Below are positions 1-11,300 of a DNA stretch of 64,000 bases, one piece after another. The notes under the pieces were generated by a model. It did not search any database. It was not told where the DNA came from and saw only the letters and a program-made list of their open reading frames with translations. Position numbers and translations under genes: made by a program. Within the stretch, counting starts at the first letter, position 1; every line of letters begins with the position of its first letter. The stretch is from Candidatus Nomurabacteria bacterium. GTDB taxonomy: Bacteria > Patescibacteriota > Saccharimonadia > Saccharimonadales > CAIOMD01. The stretch lies in assembly GCA_020631975.1 (NCBI GenBank), contig JACKGO010000001.1, positions 3,409 through 67,408 on the forward strand. The letters run 5' to 3'.

Positions 1-3000
1 TAGGTACCTCAACCGCCCTTACTGCTAGTGGGGCACTTGGCATAACAAGTGGTGGTGCTAATGCCTTAACCCTAGACACAGGTGGAGCAGCAACCTTAAG
101 CGTTGGTGCTACAAATGCCAACGCCCTTAGCATCTCTCGTGCTGGCATAACCACTACTGTCAATGGTGTACTTACCGTAGCAGAAAACGCTAACTTTAAC
201 GGCAACACTACCATAGGTAATGCTACCACCGACCGACTCACCGTCACCAGCCAACTACTCGGCCAAGACGCACTCGTCTTCCAAGGTGCCACAGACGATG
301 GCTTCACTACAACCTTTAGGGTTACTGATCCTACGGCAAATAACATCATCACATTCCCTAATTCTAGTGGAACAGTACAACTAGCACCTACTGCCGGTTC
401 ATATATTAAGCAAGTACCAACAAGCACAGCAGAAAACACCATTACCCCAACCGCTAATAGCGTAGTTGGATTAACTGTTAACGGCACGAGCGGCACAGCT
501 GCAACAGCCTTGGCTGTTTCTCAACCAGGTGCAGCTGAAGGCGTAACTATTGCTTCTGCTAACAATACCGCTACTAATGGTTTAAGCTTTAGCGGTACCT
601 TTACCAACCTTATTAATAGCACCAACTTTACAGTCAGCAATTCCGGAGCTATTACAGCTGTTGGTGTAAACAGTGGCACTGGCTTATTGCAAGGTACTGG
701 CGGTTTAACAGTAACTGGTGCTACCAGCATTAATGCGAGTGGTGCCAATACGACTAACATTGGCACAGGAACTAACACGGGCGTAATTAACATAGGTAAT
801 GCATCTGCTGGTGCATTAGCTTTGCAAAGTGGTGCAGGGGTAACAGTAACTGGTGGGGCCGCAAGTAGCTTTACGACAACGAGCGGTAACCTAACATTTG
901 ATTCAGCAGCTGTACTAAATCTAGGAAATACGAGCGCAACTAGCATTACGCTTGGCCGAACTGGTGTTACCACTACTAACGCAGGTGCACTTACCGTATC
1001 ACAGCTATTAACTGGTAGCCTTGGTGCAACAATTTCTGGCGCCGCCATATCCTTAAACGACAACAGTAACTTTAATACGACCATTAACACTGGTACCAGC
1101 ACTGGTACCGTTGCGATTGGTAGCGCAAATGCCGGCAATATATCACTACAAAGTGGCGGCACAATTAGCCTAATAGGCACAACCAACATTAATACTACTG
1201 GTACTGCCAATACCGCCATTGGTAACGCAACTGGCACATTTGCACTTACGAGTAACGGTGGTTTAAGTGTGTCTACTGGTGGTGCATTAACTGGCGTAAG
1301 TGGCATTACCACAACTGGTGCGTACACTCAGAGTGGTACAAGCGCTAATACATTAACAGGCGCAACAACCTTAAGTAATACATTAACGGTACAAACAACG
1401 ACTGCTACTCAAGATCAGATTATTGTCCAGGCAGCTGCAGTGGGTGCTGCCCGATTTGCCGGTACAATTACAAATGCCGATCTTACAGCGGCAAGAACAT
1501 ACACTTTACCAAACGCTTCAGGCACATTTACTCTTAACCCAACAAGTGGATCTTACCTGCAAACCATACCGACCACTACAGCGGCAAACACGGTAGCACC
1601 AACAACCGCTAGCGTCGTTGGCTTGACGGTAAATGGTACAACTAATGCAACGGGTGCAACTGCGCTTATTGTTAACCAGAGCAATACAACCGCAACAGGC
1701 GCTGCATTCAACCTAACGAATGCAAGTGGAGTTCAAACGGATGGCGTGCTAATAAATCGCAGTACTGCTGGTGGCACAACGACTAATCTATTGAACCTAA
1801 CCAACACAGCTGGTACAGCTACAAACGGGCTTACATTTAGCGGTACCTTTACCAACCTTATTAATAGCACCAACTTTACAGTCAGCAATGCCGGAGCTAT
1901 TACAGCTGTTGGTGTAAACAGTGGCACTGGCTTATTGCAAGGTACTGGCGGTTTAACAGTTACTGGTGCCACAAGTATTAATGCTTCTGGCGCCACCGCC
2001 ACTAGTATTGGCACCGGCACCAACACTGGCCTCGTAACCATTGGTAATGCCAGCAATGCTGCAAATACCGTAACACTTGTTGCTGGGTCTACCAACGGTA
2101 TTAACCTAAATGCACCTAAAGTAGAGTCTAATGCCACTACTCTTGGCCTATTCACTACACCTACAACAGTCAATAGCTTTACAGCTGCTACCGCACTAAA
2201 CATAGGTGCTGCCACTGGCATAGCTACCTTTGGTAACGGCGGAGCATACACATTGCGCTCAACTACTGGTCAATTAACAGTCCAGAGCGGTTCTGGTACA
2301 TTAAGCTTTGGTTCTACCACCGCCCTTACTGCTAGTGGGGCACTTGGCATAACAAGTGGTGGTGCTAATGCCTTAACCCTAGACACAGGTGGAGCAGCAA
2401 CCTTAAGCGTTGGTGCTACAAATGCCAATGCCCTTAGCATCTCTCGTGCTGGCATAACCACTACTGTCAATGGTGTACTTACCGTAGTAGAGAACGCTAA
2501 CTTTAACGGCAATACAACAATAGGTGATGCCACTACCGACCGGCTAACTGTCACCAGCCAACTACTAGGTCAAGATGCACTCGTCTTCCAAGGTGCCACA
2601 GACGATGGCTTCACTACAACTCTAAGAGTAACGAACCCGACTGCCAACAACATACTAACCCTACCTAACGAAACAGGTACTATTTGTACAACTGGTAGTG
2701 TTTGCACAGGTTACGCACCAAGTGCTACGAATGGATATGTCCAGTTAGCACCAGCTTCAGCTCAGGCAGACGCTACTAATAACAGCTCTATCTTTATTAA
2801 TAAGACAAGTGGTACAGGGAATATATTACAGCTACAAAGAGCTGGCAGCGATGCATTAGTAGTTGCCAATAATGGCTATGTTGGCTTAGGTGGTTCAGCT
2901 TCAAACAGACTAAGTGTTACAGATACTCAAGCAGCAAACAGTGGGTATGTCGCGGCCCAGAACATCAGCCAAACCTTTACTCCAACGACCGCTAATTATT

Positions 3001-6000
3001 CTACTTGGGCAATGGGAATGAATGTAACAACTAGCTTGGGTGCTAGTACTGCTGTTGATAGTTCGAATGTAAATGCCAATATTAGGGGTATTTATGCAGA
3101 GGCAGCAAACTTCTCTGGCCAATCTATATACGCTTCTTACGGCGTTACGGGTGCGAGCGGTATTGGCAGTGGCGCTGGTGGGGCTATTACAAATGCCTAT
3201 GGTGCACAAGGCTATGTATACCAAAATGGGGCAGGCACTATAACAAATGCATTTCCAGTATTTTCTGAAGTTCGTAGCACTGGCGCTGGGCAAATTATTA
3301 ATGCAACAGGTTTTTATGGAGATTTGTCTGTCACAGCTGGCACTGTGGGTGAGTATACTCTACTTAAAGCAGCCGACTATTCCAGTATTGTTGGCGCTAA
3401 TCAGTTCGGCGTCATTACCTACGGTAAGTCTAGGTTTGGTGACAACACATTGCCAACAGAGGTTCTAGAAGTTGCCGGAAACATCAGTGTTACTGCTGCA
3501 AATTCATATAAAATTGGTGGCGTCATAGCTGTCGAAGCTTCTGGCGGCTACCTAAGGCTTAATCAAAATAATCAGTTCGCACAAGGTATTTACACTGGAA
3601 CTTCTGGTGTAAGAGTAGGTGGAACGACCGGTATTTTGGTAGGTTCAATTGGTGCAGACGGCCAGATTGGACTTATACCAAACGGTGTAGACACAACCAG
3701 AAGAATTACATTAGATGGTGGAACTGGTGCTATTACTGCAATTGGCATCAATAGCGGCACTGGCTTAATACAAGGTACTGGTGGAGTAACGGTTACCGGC
3801 ACTACTAACATTAATGCCACTGGTACTGCAGCTGCGACCATTGGGAATGGTACAGGCACATTGGCTCTGCTCGGTGGTAATAGCTCTAGCTGGATTGTTG
3901 GTACAGGTGGTAACACCACAACACTAAACTTCACAGCTCCGTCGGGCGCTAATACTATTACTTTCCCCGCAGCGAGTGGAATAGTACAGGTTAGCCCCTC
4001 AGGATCTGGCAATTCATTAGTGCAGGTCCCTACGAGCAACACAGCTGGAGTTAACGGAGCCAATGTTATTTCACCAACAGCAGACTGGATAAATGGCTTA
4101 ACAATTAACGGAACAACTGCAGCTACCAACAAGGCAGACGCCTTGGTAGTTAATCAGTCTGGCACGGGAGTTAACGCAGCAACAATTCGCTTGCAAGCTG
4201 CTGGTGCACTCGCAGGTGCAGAAATTAAGCTAGAAAATGCAAGTGGCACTACCACTGCTGGTTTATTGGTTAATCGTAATACTGCCGGTGGTACAACAAC
4301 TGCTGGTGTTAACATTACCAATGGTGCAGGCACAATGACAACTGGTCTGAACATCCAAAACTCAGGCACAATGACAAATGGTATTCAGCTCGCCGGTGCA
4401 GGGACTTTAACATCTGCTATAAACCTAAATAGCAATGCTACTAACGGTATAATCTTCAACGGCACAATTACTACAGATATCACAACAGCAACAGGTAGAA
4501 ACCTTAATATTATTACTGCCACAACTGGTCAACTTAACTTAGACACAGGTACTACTGGTGCAATAAACATTGGTACAAATGCCAATGCAAAGACGGTTAC
4601 TATTGGTAATACAACCGGTGCCAGCATTGTAAATATTCAAGGTGGTACCGGCACAGCAGCAGGTGACATCAATATAGGCGATACAACCGTAGCAGGTAAG
4701 ATAATAGACATTGGTTCTGTCACCAATGCAGCTACTAGTACAATTCGTATAGCTACTGCAGCTGCAGTACAAACGGTTACAGTTGGCTCAACCAATTCTA
4801 CAAGTACAACAACTATTCAGGCAGGTGCAAACGGTGCAAATACTACCTTAGCACTGCAGGCTGCAAGTGGCGGAGTAATTACTATGGGTAGCCAGACCGC
4901 AGCTAATACTATTAATGTTGGAACGGTAGGCTCAGCCGCCTTTAGCTCAACAGTCAATGTTGGCACAAGTACTGGTGCAGCTCAGACTGTAAATATAGGT
5001 TCAACAAACGGAGCAAGTAGCCTGAATCTCAATGCAGGTACAGGCAGAATTAATCTTAATGCATCTACTTTGCAATTTGTTGCAGGCGCTAACCGAACAA
5101 TTAATGTAGCTAGCGCAGCAACACCTAACACACTTACTGTTGCTGCCGGTAGCGCAACTGGCGCCAACACTAACGGCGCGGCACTTTACTTACAAGGTGG
5201 TAGTGCTACTAGTGGTAATGCAAGCGGTGGCAATGTGTTTGTTCAGGGTGGTACGGGCATAGGTACAGGAGCTAAAGGCTTGGTGGTTCTAGATACTGCA
5301 ACTTATCTAACTGCCGCAACACAGAGTTCGGCTGTAGATGTAAACATAACTCAGGCTAATATCGATAGCTATGGAGCTATAGTTCTTAACGCAACAGCGG
5401 CAGATGTTAACTTTACACTCTCTGCTCCAACACTTGGTGCAAGCGCAGCAGGCCGATTGGTGTATGTAACAGCTGCCAATGGGTCTAACGACTTTACCTT
5501 GCGTGCCAATGTAGGTGGAGGTGTGGGTGTAGAGCAAAACATCGCCATGCGCCAAAACACCACAGCTACCATGATATGGAACGGTAGCCAATGGACGGCA
5601 GCGGGCGCATCTAGCTCAACCACGTTACAGGCAGCTTATGACAATACGTTAAGTAGTGCGGGTGGTGCTGAAATTATTCTAAGTAACAGTGCAACCGCTA
5701 ATGGATTAACCGTGCGCAACAATGCCAATAACCCAATTATTGGTGGCATCTTTGAAGCACAAACGTCCATTGGTAGTAATTTATTTAGTGTCAACAACAA
5801 CGCAACAGAATATGCTACCAATGGTGGAGCAGAAACAATTGGCGCAACAGCCAGCACCTTCCCAGCGAACACATGGGATGCCACAACGGGTGGGATAGTA
5901 GATCGCTACACAACGGTAGGTGATAATATTGCAACTGGTGCAGCATCGGTTCGCGTACAGGCTTCTGGTTCTAACCACGGTGCCAGAAACCGAATTAGCG

Positions 6001-7493
6001 CACCACTTACTTCTGGGTTGACCTACTCTGTATCGTTTGCCGTGCGTGGTGCCACTAACTTTAACACGCTTGATATTCGCTACTCACCAGATGGTAGCAC
6101 AAGTGGTACAACACAATGTTCAACAGCAGAAGTTGTTACAAGCGGCATATGGACACGTATTAACTGTACGTTTGTAGCATCTGGTGCAATAAATGCTAAC
6201 AATTCAATACTTATACGACAAACTGACGCTACTGCCCGCACATTCTACATAGATAATCTTAGCGTTAATATCAATGCCAGTGCTACGTATGCAGCAGATG
6301 GTAGTGTAGATAATGCTGGCACATTTGCCACAAACTGGACTGCCTATGGGGTAGGCTCTACTGCTAACCGAGACACTTCTGTTATTTATGATTCAAGCGC
6401 CAGTGCACGTGGCGATACAATAAACGCCGCTGATCGTGGTATTCGTAACAATTTAGCAATTGTTCCGTCTGTAAACACGCAGTATTTGGTGAGTTTCTAT
6501 GCACGCTCCGGAACGGGTAATATTAATGATTTAACAGTAAGGTATTCTCGTGACGGTGGTACAAACTTTGTTAGTTGTGTTGACTATTCTACGCAAGCTA
6601 TTGACACAACTGGGTGGACAAAAATTACGTGTTTGTTTACAACGGACGGTACGGCAGCAAGTAACGCAGACCTTATTATTACGCAGGCGAGCGCACCTGG
6701 TGGAACACGCTCAATATATGTAGATGCGTTGTCTATGACACTTAACACCAACAATGCTAACAACGTACAAATTGGTGGCGCAAACAAAGGTGGCCCAACG
6801 ACACTCTTTACGTTAGACCGTTCTGACAGCCCACCAATTGCCGCAAACAACGATGCCTACCTAGGGAGCATGTACTATGACACAACTACTGGGCGTATTC
6901 AGTGTTACGAAGCAGATGGTTGGGGTGCATGCGGTAGTGCACCAGACAATATCGTGAACCTTAACCCTGAATATTCTGGGGCTGTCTTAAACGGATCTGG
7001 TGTTGGTACCATGACAGCCGATTTGTGCGCAGACCAAGCTGGCGTCTTGCAAGTTAACCAAGCACTCTGTGATGGCACCGGTAACCCAGCAGTAAAAGCA
7101 ACCAACTTTTATAAATGGACAAGTCCGCAGGCAACTCAACAAACCTATAGTATTTATGTTTCGTACCAGTTACCGACGACCTTTAAAGGCTTCGCCAGTG
7201 ACGATACTGTCCAGCTGACTGCTCGTGTAGACAACACTACTAATGCCGCTGTTACCTATGAGATGTTCCGCAGTGAAGGTGGTACGTTGTATCGTTGTGG
7301 CACCGGTGAAACAGCCGTTACGACATCTGCCAACACGTGGCAGACAGTCGGTATTAATGGTAACGAGGCAACTGGTTGTGGCTTTACAAGTTCGTCTGGC
7401 GGGGCCTATGTAATCTTTAAGGTCAACGTAAAGGCCAACAGTAATGCCAATGCCTATGTATCAACATTAAGCTTTACGACAACGGGTAAATAA
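1..7493 (+). CDS. Giant repetitive Thr/Gly/Ala/Asn-rich surface protein, 5'-partial (continues upstream of window)
   Basis: The frame of the 510..7493 ORF stays open back to nt 3 (GTSTALTASGALGITSGGANALTLDTGG...), so TTG-510 is not the true start. It holds more than 2490 codons of degenerate beta-strand-like repeats (xTGxLTVTG, TLPNxSGT-type motifs). Two tandem ~120-aa segments at nt ~5900-6750 look like CBM4/9/22-type jelly-roll modules (LTYSVSFAVRG...FYIDNLSVN; QYLVSFYARSG...IYVDALSMT). The C-terminal module contains Cys residues. Confidence 0.85.
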   Translation, partial: GTSTALTASGALGITSGGANALTLDTGGAATLSVGATNANALSISRAGITTTVNGVLTVAENANFNGNTTIGNATTDRLTVTSQLLGQDALVFQGATDDGFTTTFRVTDPTANNIITFPNSSGTVQLAPTAGSYIKQVPTSTAENTITPTANSVVGLTVNGTSGTAATALAVSQPGAAEGVTIASANNTATNGLSFSGTFTNLINSTNFTVSNSGAITAVGVNSGTGLLQGTGGLTVTGATSINASGANTTNIGTGTNTGVINIGNASAGALALQSGAGVTVTGGAASSFTTTSGNLTFDSAAVLNLGNTSATSITLGRTGVTTTNAGALTVSQLLTGSLGATISGAAISLNDNSNFNTTINTGTSTGTVAIGSANAGNISLQSGGTISLIGTTNINTTGTANTAIGNATGTFALTSNGGLSVSTGGALTGVSGITTTGAYTQSGTSANTLTGATTLSNTLTVQTTTATQDQIIVQAAAVGAARFAGTITNADLTAARTYTLPNASGTFTLNPTSGSYLQTIPTTTAANTVAPTTASVVGLTVNGTTNATGATALIVNQSNTTATGAAFNLTNASGVQTDGVLINRSTAGGTTTNLLNLTNTAGTATNGLTFSGTFTNLINSTNFTVSNAGAITAVGVNSGTGLLQGTGGLTVTGATSINASGATATSIGTGTNTGLVTIGNASNAANTVTLVAGSTNGINLNAPKVESNATTLGLFTTPTTVNSFTAATALNIGAATGIATFGNGGAYTLRSTTGQLTVQSGSGTLSFGSTTALTASGALGITSGGANALTLDTGGAATLSVGATNANALSISRAGITTTVNGVLTVVENANFNGNTTIGDATTDRLTVTSQLLGQDALVFQGATDDGFTTTLRVTNPTANNILTLPNETGTICTTGSVCTGYAPSATNGYVQLAPASAQADATNNSSIFINKTSGTGNILQLQRAGSDALVVANNGYVGLGGSASNRLSVTDTQAANSGYVAAQNISQTFTPTTANYSTWAMGMNVTTSLGASTAVDSSNVNANIRGIYAEAANFSGQSIYASYGVTGASGIGSGAGGAITNAYGAQGYVYQNGAGTITNAFPVFSEVRSTGAGQIINATGFYGDLSVTAGTVGEYTLLKAADYSSIVGANQFGVITYGKSRFGDNTLPTEVLEVAGNISVTAANSYKIGGVIAVEASGGYLRLNQNNQFAQGIYTGTSGVRVGGTTGILVGSIGADGQIGLIPNGVDTTRRITLDGGTGAITAIGINSGTGLIQGTGGVTVTGTTNINATGTAAATIGNGTGTLALLGGNSSSWIVGTGGNTTTLNFTAPSGANTITFPAASGIVQVSPSGSGNSLVQVPTSNTAGVNGANVISPTADWINGLTINGTTAATNKADALVVNQSGTGVNAATIRLQAAGALAGAEIKLENASGTTTAGLLVNRNTAGGTTTAGVNITNGAGTMTTGLNIQNSGTMTNGIQLAGAGTLTSAINLNSNATNGIIFNGTITTDITTATGRNLNIITATTGQLNLDTGTTGAINIGTNANAKTVTIGNTTGASIVNIQGGTGTAAGDINIGDTTVAGKIIDIGSVTNAATSTIRIATAAAVQTVTVGSTNSTSTTTIQAGANGANTTLALQAASGGVITMGSQTAANTINVGTVGSAAFSSTVNVGTSTGAAQTVNIGSTNGASSLNLNAGTGRINLNASTLQFVAGANRTINVASAATPNTLTVAAGSATGANTNGAALYLQGGSATSGNASGGNVFVQGGTGIGTGAKGLVVLDTATYLTAATQSSAVDVNITQANIDSYGAIVLNATAADVNFTLSAPTLGASAAGRLVYVTAANGSNDFTLRANVGGGVGVEQNIAMRQNTTATMIWNGSQWTAAGASSSTTLQAAYDNTLSSAGGAEIILSNSATANGLTVRNNANNPIIGGIFEAQTSIGSNLFSVNNNATEYATNGGAETIGATASTFPANTWDATTGGIVDRYTTVGDNIATGAASVRVQASGSNHGARNRISAPLTSGLTYSVSFAVRGATNFNTLDIRYSPDGSTSGTTQCSTAEVVTSGIWTRINCTFVASGAINANNSILIRQTDATARTFYIDNLSVNINASATYAADGSVDNAGTFATNWTAYGVGSTANRDTSVIYDSSASARGDTINAADRGIRNNLAIVPSVNTQYLVSFYARSGTGNINDLTVRYSRDGGTNFVSCVDYSTQAIDTTGWTKITCLFTTDGTAASNADLIITQASAPGGTRSIYVDALSMTLNTNNANNVQIGGANKGGPTTLFTLDRSDSPPIAANNDAYLGSMYYDTTTGRIQCYEADGWGACGSAPDNIVNLNPEYSGAVLNGSGVGTMTADLCADQAGVLQVNQALCDGTGNPAVKATNFYKWTSPQATQQTYSIYVSYQLPTTFKGFASDDTVQLTARVDNTTNAAVTYEMFRSEGGTLYRCGTGETAVTTSANTWQTVGINGNEATGCGFTSSSGGAYVIFKVNVKANSNANAYVSTLSFTTTGK
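13..313 (+). repeat. Long intragenic DNA repeat, partner at 2320-2620 (offset 2307)
   Basis: The first ~200 nt are almost identical when read side by side (ccgcccttactgctagtggggcacttggcataacaagtggtggtgctaatgcc...). The copies diverge after ggcttcactacaac. Confidence 0.9.
591..738 (+). repeat. Long intragenic DNA repeat, partner at 1839-1986 (offset 1248)
   Basis: agcggtacctttaccaaccttattaatagcaccaactttacagtcagcaat[t/g]ccggagctattacagctgttggtgtaaacagtggcactggcttattgcaaggtactggcggtttaacagt is shared nearly perfectly. A more diverged third copy lies near 3720-3800. Confidence 0.9.
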
Positions 7494-8142
7494 TGATGAA
7501 TATGCATAACACTCACATCACAAACCAAGCGCATCAAATTACATTTGATAGCTTTGGTTTATTGCTGGCTGATTTATGGCTTACCGTTTGCGGTGCGCGC
7601 TTGTTGTACCATCACGTACAGCTCGCTTACGCGTCTCGCGGATACACCAAAACTCAGCTTATCTGTGAGCGTTTTCAGGCGAGTGGTATCTGTAAATATC
7701 AATTCATTACCACCCACAATACAACAATTTTTTGAACACAAATATTATTCTTTTTAGTCACAGTTTCGGCGGTTTATCGCCGCCGAAAAACGCGTTAGGG
7801 TAACGAGAAATCGTGCGCGTTATATGAACTAATAACTGGTCTCGCGACAAGTTATTACGCCAAAGGGGTTTTAATTGTTCTTTTGCCCCATTCTTAAACA
7901 TACCCTAAAAACAAAAAGTCTTGGGGATTAGCTCTCCTCAAAAAATTGGTCGCTGTTGTGCGGACTTCAAGCAGCCAAAAACAAACCCAGGACACAAAAA
8001 TAAAAACTACAAATAGTGGTTAGGCTATAGTGGCTAGTGATTAGCCACAAGAACACTAAACACAGCAAACAGTAAGCAAAAATAGCTTACCAAAACTAAC
8101 ACCAACACAGGCGATGCCAAATAGATCGTCTACATCAAAACA

Positions 8143-8171
8143 AAAAAGCCTGGGCCAACCCCCAGGCTTTT
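8143..8171. terminator. Bidirectional Rho-independent terminator-like hairpin
   Basis: aaaaagcctggg / ccaac / cccaggcttttt forms a perfect 12-nt inverted repeat whose A-run and T-run flank a GC core. Confidence 0.7.
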
Positions 8172-8304
8172 TAGATATAACATTTCTATGTAAGAACTCT
8201 TTAGAATGCTAAAAAATAAAACTACTTGTGCGACACATTCCATTTGCAGTAATAATCGGTATTAAGAGTATCTGTTAGAGTCGTGTAAAAATGCTGATAT
8301 TATT

Positions 8305-8334
8305 GTTTCAAAACACTAGCATTTTTGCTATACT
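8305..8334 (+). promoter_or_regulatory. Promoter of giant gene 2 (-35 GTTTCA, 18-nt spacer, -10 TATACT) carrying the CAAAACACTAGCAT box
   Basis: The sequence caaaacactagcatttttgctatact is nearly the same as the island promoters at 30916-30944 and 31707-31735. The spacer holds the palindrome TAGCA-TTTT-TGCTA (8317-8330). Confidence 0.6.
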
Positions 8335-8371
8335 TTATATACGTACTTTAAGGAGTAACAAAAAAGGAAAA

Positions 8372-11300
8372 ATGGATGGTATAAAACCACCAATCAAAAA
8401 ACGCACCTATTATCCTGCTAGTAATCAAAAAGAGCAGTTTATTAAGCCTGCATCAACCCAGCCACAAAGTAAAACTAAACGTTCTGTAAATATTAAACAC
8501 TTTTTTAATAAGCGACCTAAGTCATCAAGACCTATATACAAAGCACCCGATAAGGTCAGCTTTAGTGTTAAGATTCCAAGATTTTTACAAAAGCTCATCA
8601 ATGTTTATATGGGTTTACCATTTTTGTTGAGGATATTTGCTTTAATGATGGCTATAACAATGTTTGTGATTATAGTGCTAGACGTTTTCTATAACAAAAA
8701 CCAAGTTGATGCGTACTCTTTAAACAAAACCGATGTGTTGCTTAAAGAAAGTTCACCCATTTATGGCACTAGTATCGTGAAGGATGCTACGGGTAAATAC
8801 TACAAATATAACGAAGGATATAAACCTGGCGCTGAAGTGAGTGGACTTTCTGCTAGCCCCAAATTTAGTGCAGACTTTGCTGTAGATCCAAAAGAAGGTG
8901 TATCCGTAACTGATGTAAATAGTAACTTAACAGTAACCTTAAAGCCAAAATACGGTCTAAAAGAACCCCAGCAGTCGGAAAATCGTTTAATATATCCGCT
9001 TAATAATAATGCTAAAAAAGTATTTACGTTGGGCGCGGCGTCTATAAAAGAAGATATTTTATTAGAAAAATACATCAGAGACGATATGGTATTTGACTAC
9101 ACTTTGGAAATGCCCGATTACTTAGAAGCAAAACTAGAAACAGATGGTTCTATTAGTATATACGGACCTGCTAATTCTGCATTGATTGGTGATGTAAGCG
9201 CGAGTACAGAAAGTGATAGTCAGCTACTAGATAAAGCTCGCCAAAAATCATCTAAAAATCGTCTTATTTTTAAACTGCCTGCCCCGTATATATTAGAAGT
9301 CGGTAAGACGATGAGTAAAGCTACGGCTGAATTTGAGCTTAAAGACAATATTATTTCACTGAAAGCTAGCAATTTAAAAGCAGCAAATTACCCAATTACG
9401 ATAGACCCTAGTATTTACGTTGAAACAGCAGCCAAACTCATGAAGGGCAATAATGAAACGAACGTAGATTTTGATGTTGATAATGAACTTATACAAAAAA
9501 GCCAGACTACTGGTGCTAGGATTGATTCGTGGCAATCAAATCTAGATATAAGCCAAGAAGTTTGGGGTCATAGTACGGCTGCAGCTGGCGGATATATTTA
9601 TAGAGCGGGTGGTAAAACAGAAGATGGTAGTATTGTAACGCCACCCGTTGCTGCTAGCTCGGTAGATAGTTTACAGAGCTCCAACTCTACTTCTTTCACA
9701 ATGTCTATGCCGGGTACGAGACCGGCTGGTGATTTATACGTAGCATTGATGTGTCATGATGGCACGGGTGCAGTTACTCCGCCTGCTGGTGGGGGCTGGA
9801 CAGAGTTTGCCGACATAGGAGAATTTGCTGGTTACTATAAAGTAGGCACAAACGAAGGTGGAGGTGATGAAGCCGCTAGCTATACGTGGACCGGACCGAG
9901 CGAAAAGTGGGGTGGAGCTATTCTTAGGGTTACTAATTTTAACACGAGTAATCCTGTGTCGCCAACACCTACTACAGCTTCATCTGGCTCTAACACGACA
10001 CCGAGCTTCCCAGCTATTACACCAAGCAATGATGACACGTTAATTATTAGAGCTATGGGTGCAGACAACGATGAAATAGATGATGCTGGCTGGGCTCCAA
10101 GTGGACACACCTCGATTGCGTATGGTGGTCCAACAGGAACCCAGGACTGTGCTTATGGTGTTGCATCTATGAACAATCCTCCAGCTGCTGGTGTGTCCAC
10201 GGGCACAATTAGTATGGCTAGTGGTTACGTAACTGATACGTGGGGCTCAACTACTATTGCCATTAACCCTGCGCCGTCAAGTGGAAGTACACCTACTGTG
10301 GTAAATACCGTAGAATGGGCTAAATTTGACTCAAATAGTTTGGCAATAACAAGTCCTAACCCAGGTACTGGTGCTTGTAGTGGTTGGTGTAACGATCCTG
10401 TGTATAATTTGCCAGAAGGCCGAGTGAACCATAGTATGGTCAGTTACAATGGTTATTTGTATGTGATTGGAGGACAAGACCCATCGGGCAGTAGGGAATC
10501 TACGGTCTACATTGCTAAGCTTGGTGCAAATGGTGAACCACAGCTTTGGCATCCTACCGACGACAATAAAAATAATTGGGTGTATTGGTATCAAGACTCT
10601 GGCCTAAGTGGCGGTGTAGCCAAAAGTTACCTATCTGCAGTTGTTTACAACAATAGTATGTATATAGTTGGTGGCCAAACTAATGCGAGCCCGGGAGGCG
10701 TAAATACTGTTGAAAAAGCTGATATTTTGCCAAATGGTAAACTATCTAGCTGGACTACTACTGGCATGCAATCACTACCAGCTGGAGCCGGACGCCATAT
10801 GGGTGACGTGGTAGTTTACAATGACACGCTTTATTCTATTGGTGGGTTCGAAGGCGCAAGTAACTCAAGCGCAAACCTAAGAGATACTGTATATTATTCT
10901 AAATTAAACCAAGACGGAACAATGAATGCCTGGCAAACGACTTCCAATATTACTACCGCAAGAGCAAATTTTGGAGGTAAATTTAGTTATATTTGGGGAG
11001 CCTACATTTACATGGGTGGTGGTTGTAGCGCTGTGAATGCGAGTGGCAACTGTACTACGTTTTCATCAGATATGCAGATCGCTAGCATAAATGCTGATGG
11101 CAGCCTGGGTACGTGGCGTTCAATTGGTAATTTAGATAATACGAGAGTAGGCTACACTTTTATAGGCTGGCAGGGTGGTTTATACAGATTAGGTGGATGC
11201 ATATCAGTAAGCCCTACGTCTGGCCATTGTTTGGACGCTCTATCGGCCGTTGATTACGGCGTCATAAACCCAGCCGGTGAGGTTTCTACAGTCAGCATTA

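Noticed and set aside
521-7105. Long antisense and alternate-frame ORFs inside giant gene 1 (for example 521..1327-, 1733..2251-, 3590..4132-). Similar ones occur in giant gene 3 (18233..19009-, 19478..19951-).
   Set aside because: They are fully nested in much longer repetitive ORFs and have Pro/Val/Leu-rich junk composition. They are the expected by-product of stop-poor ACN/GGN/GCN codon repeats on the sense strand.
7493-7757. Two overlapping 70-80-aa ORFs right after giant gene 1.
   Set aside because: They overlap each other in different frames, have no SD or promoter, and have odd composition. They are kept only as part of the non-coding spacer observation.
8291-8371. The ORF-track start of giant gene 2 at 8291 (MLILLFQNTSIFAILYIRTLRSNKKGK...).
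   Set aside because: This segment contains the promoter (-35 at 8305, -10 at 8329) and the leader. ATG 8372, preceded by AAGGAAAA, is the plausible start.
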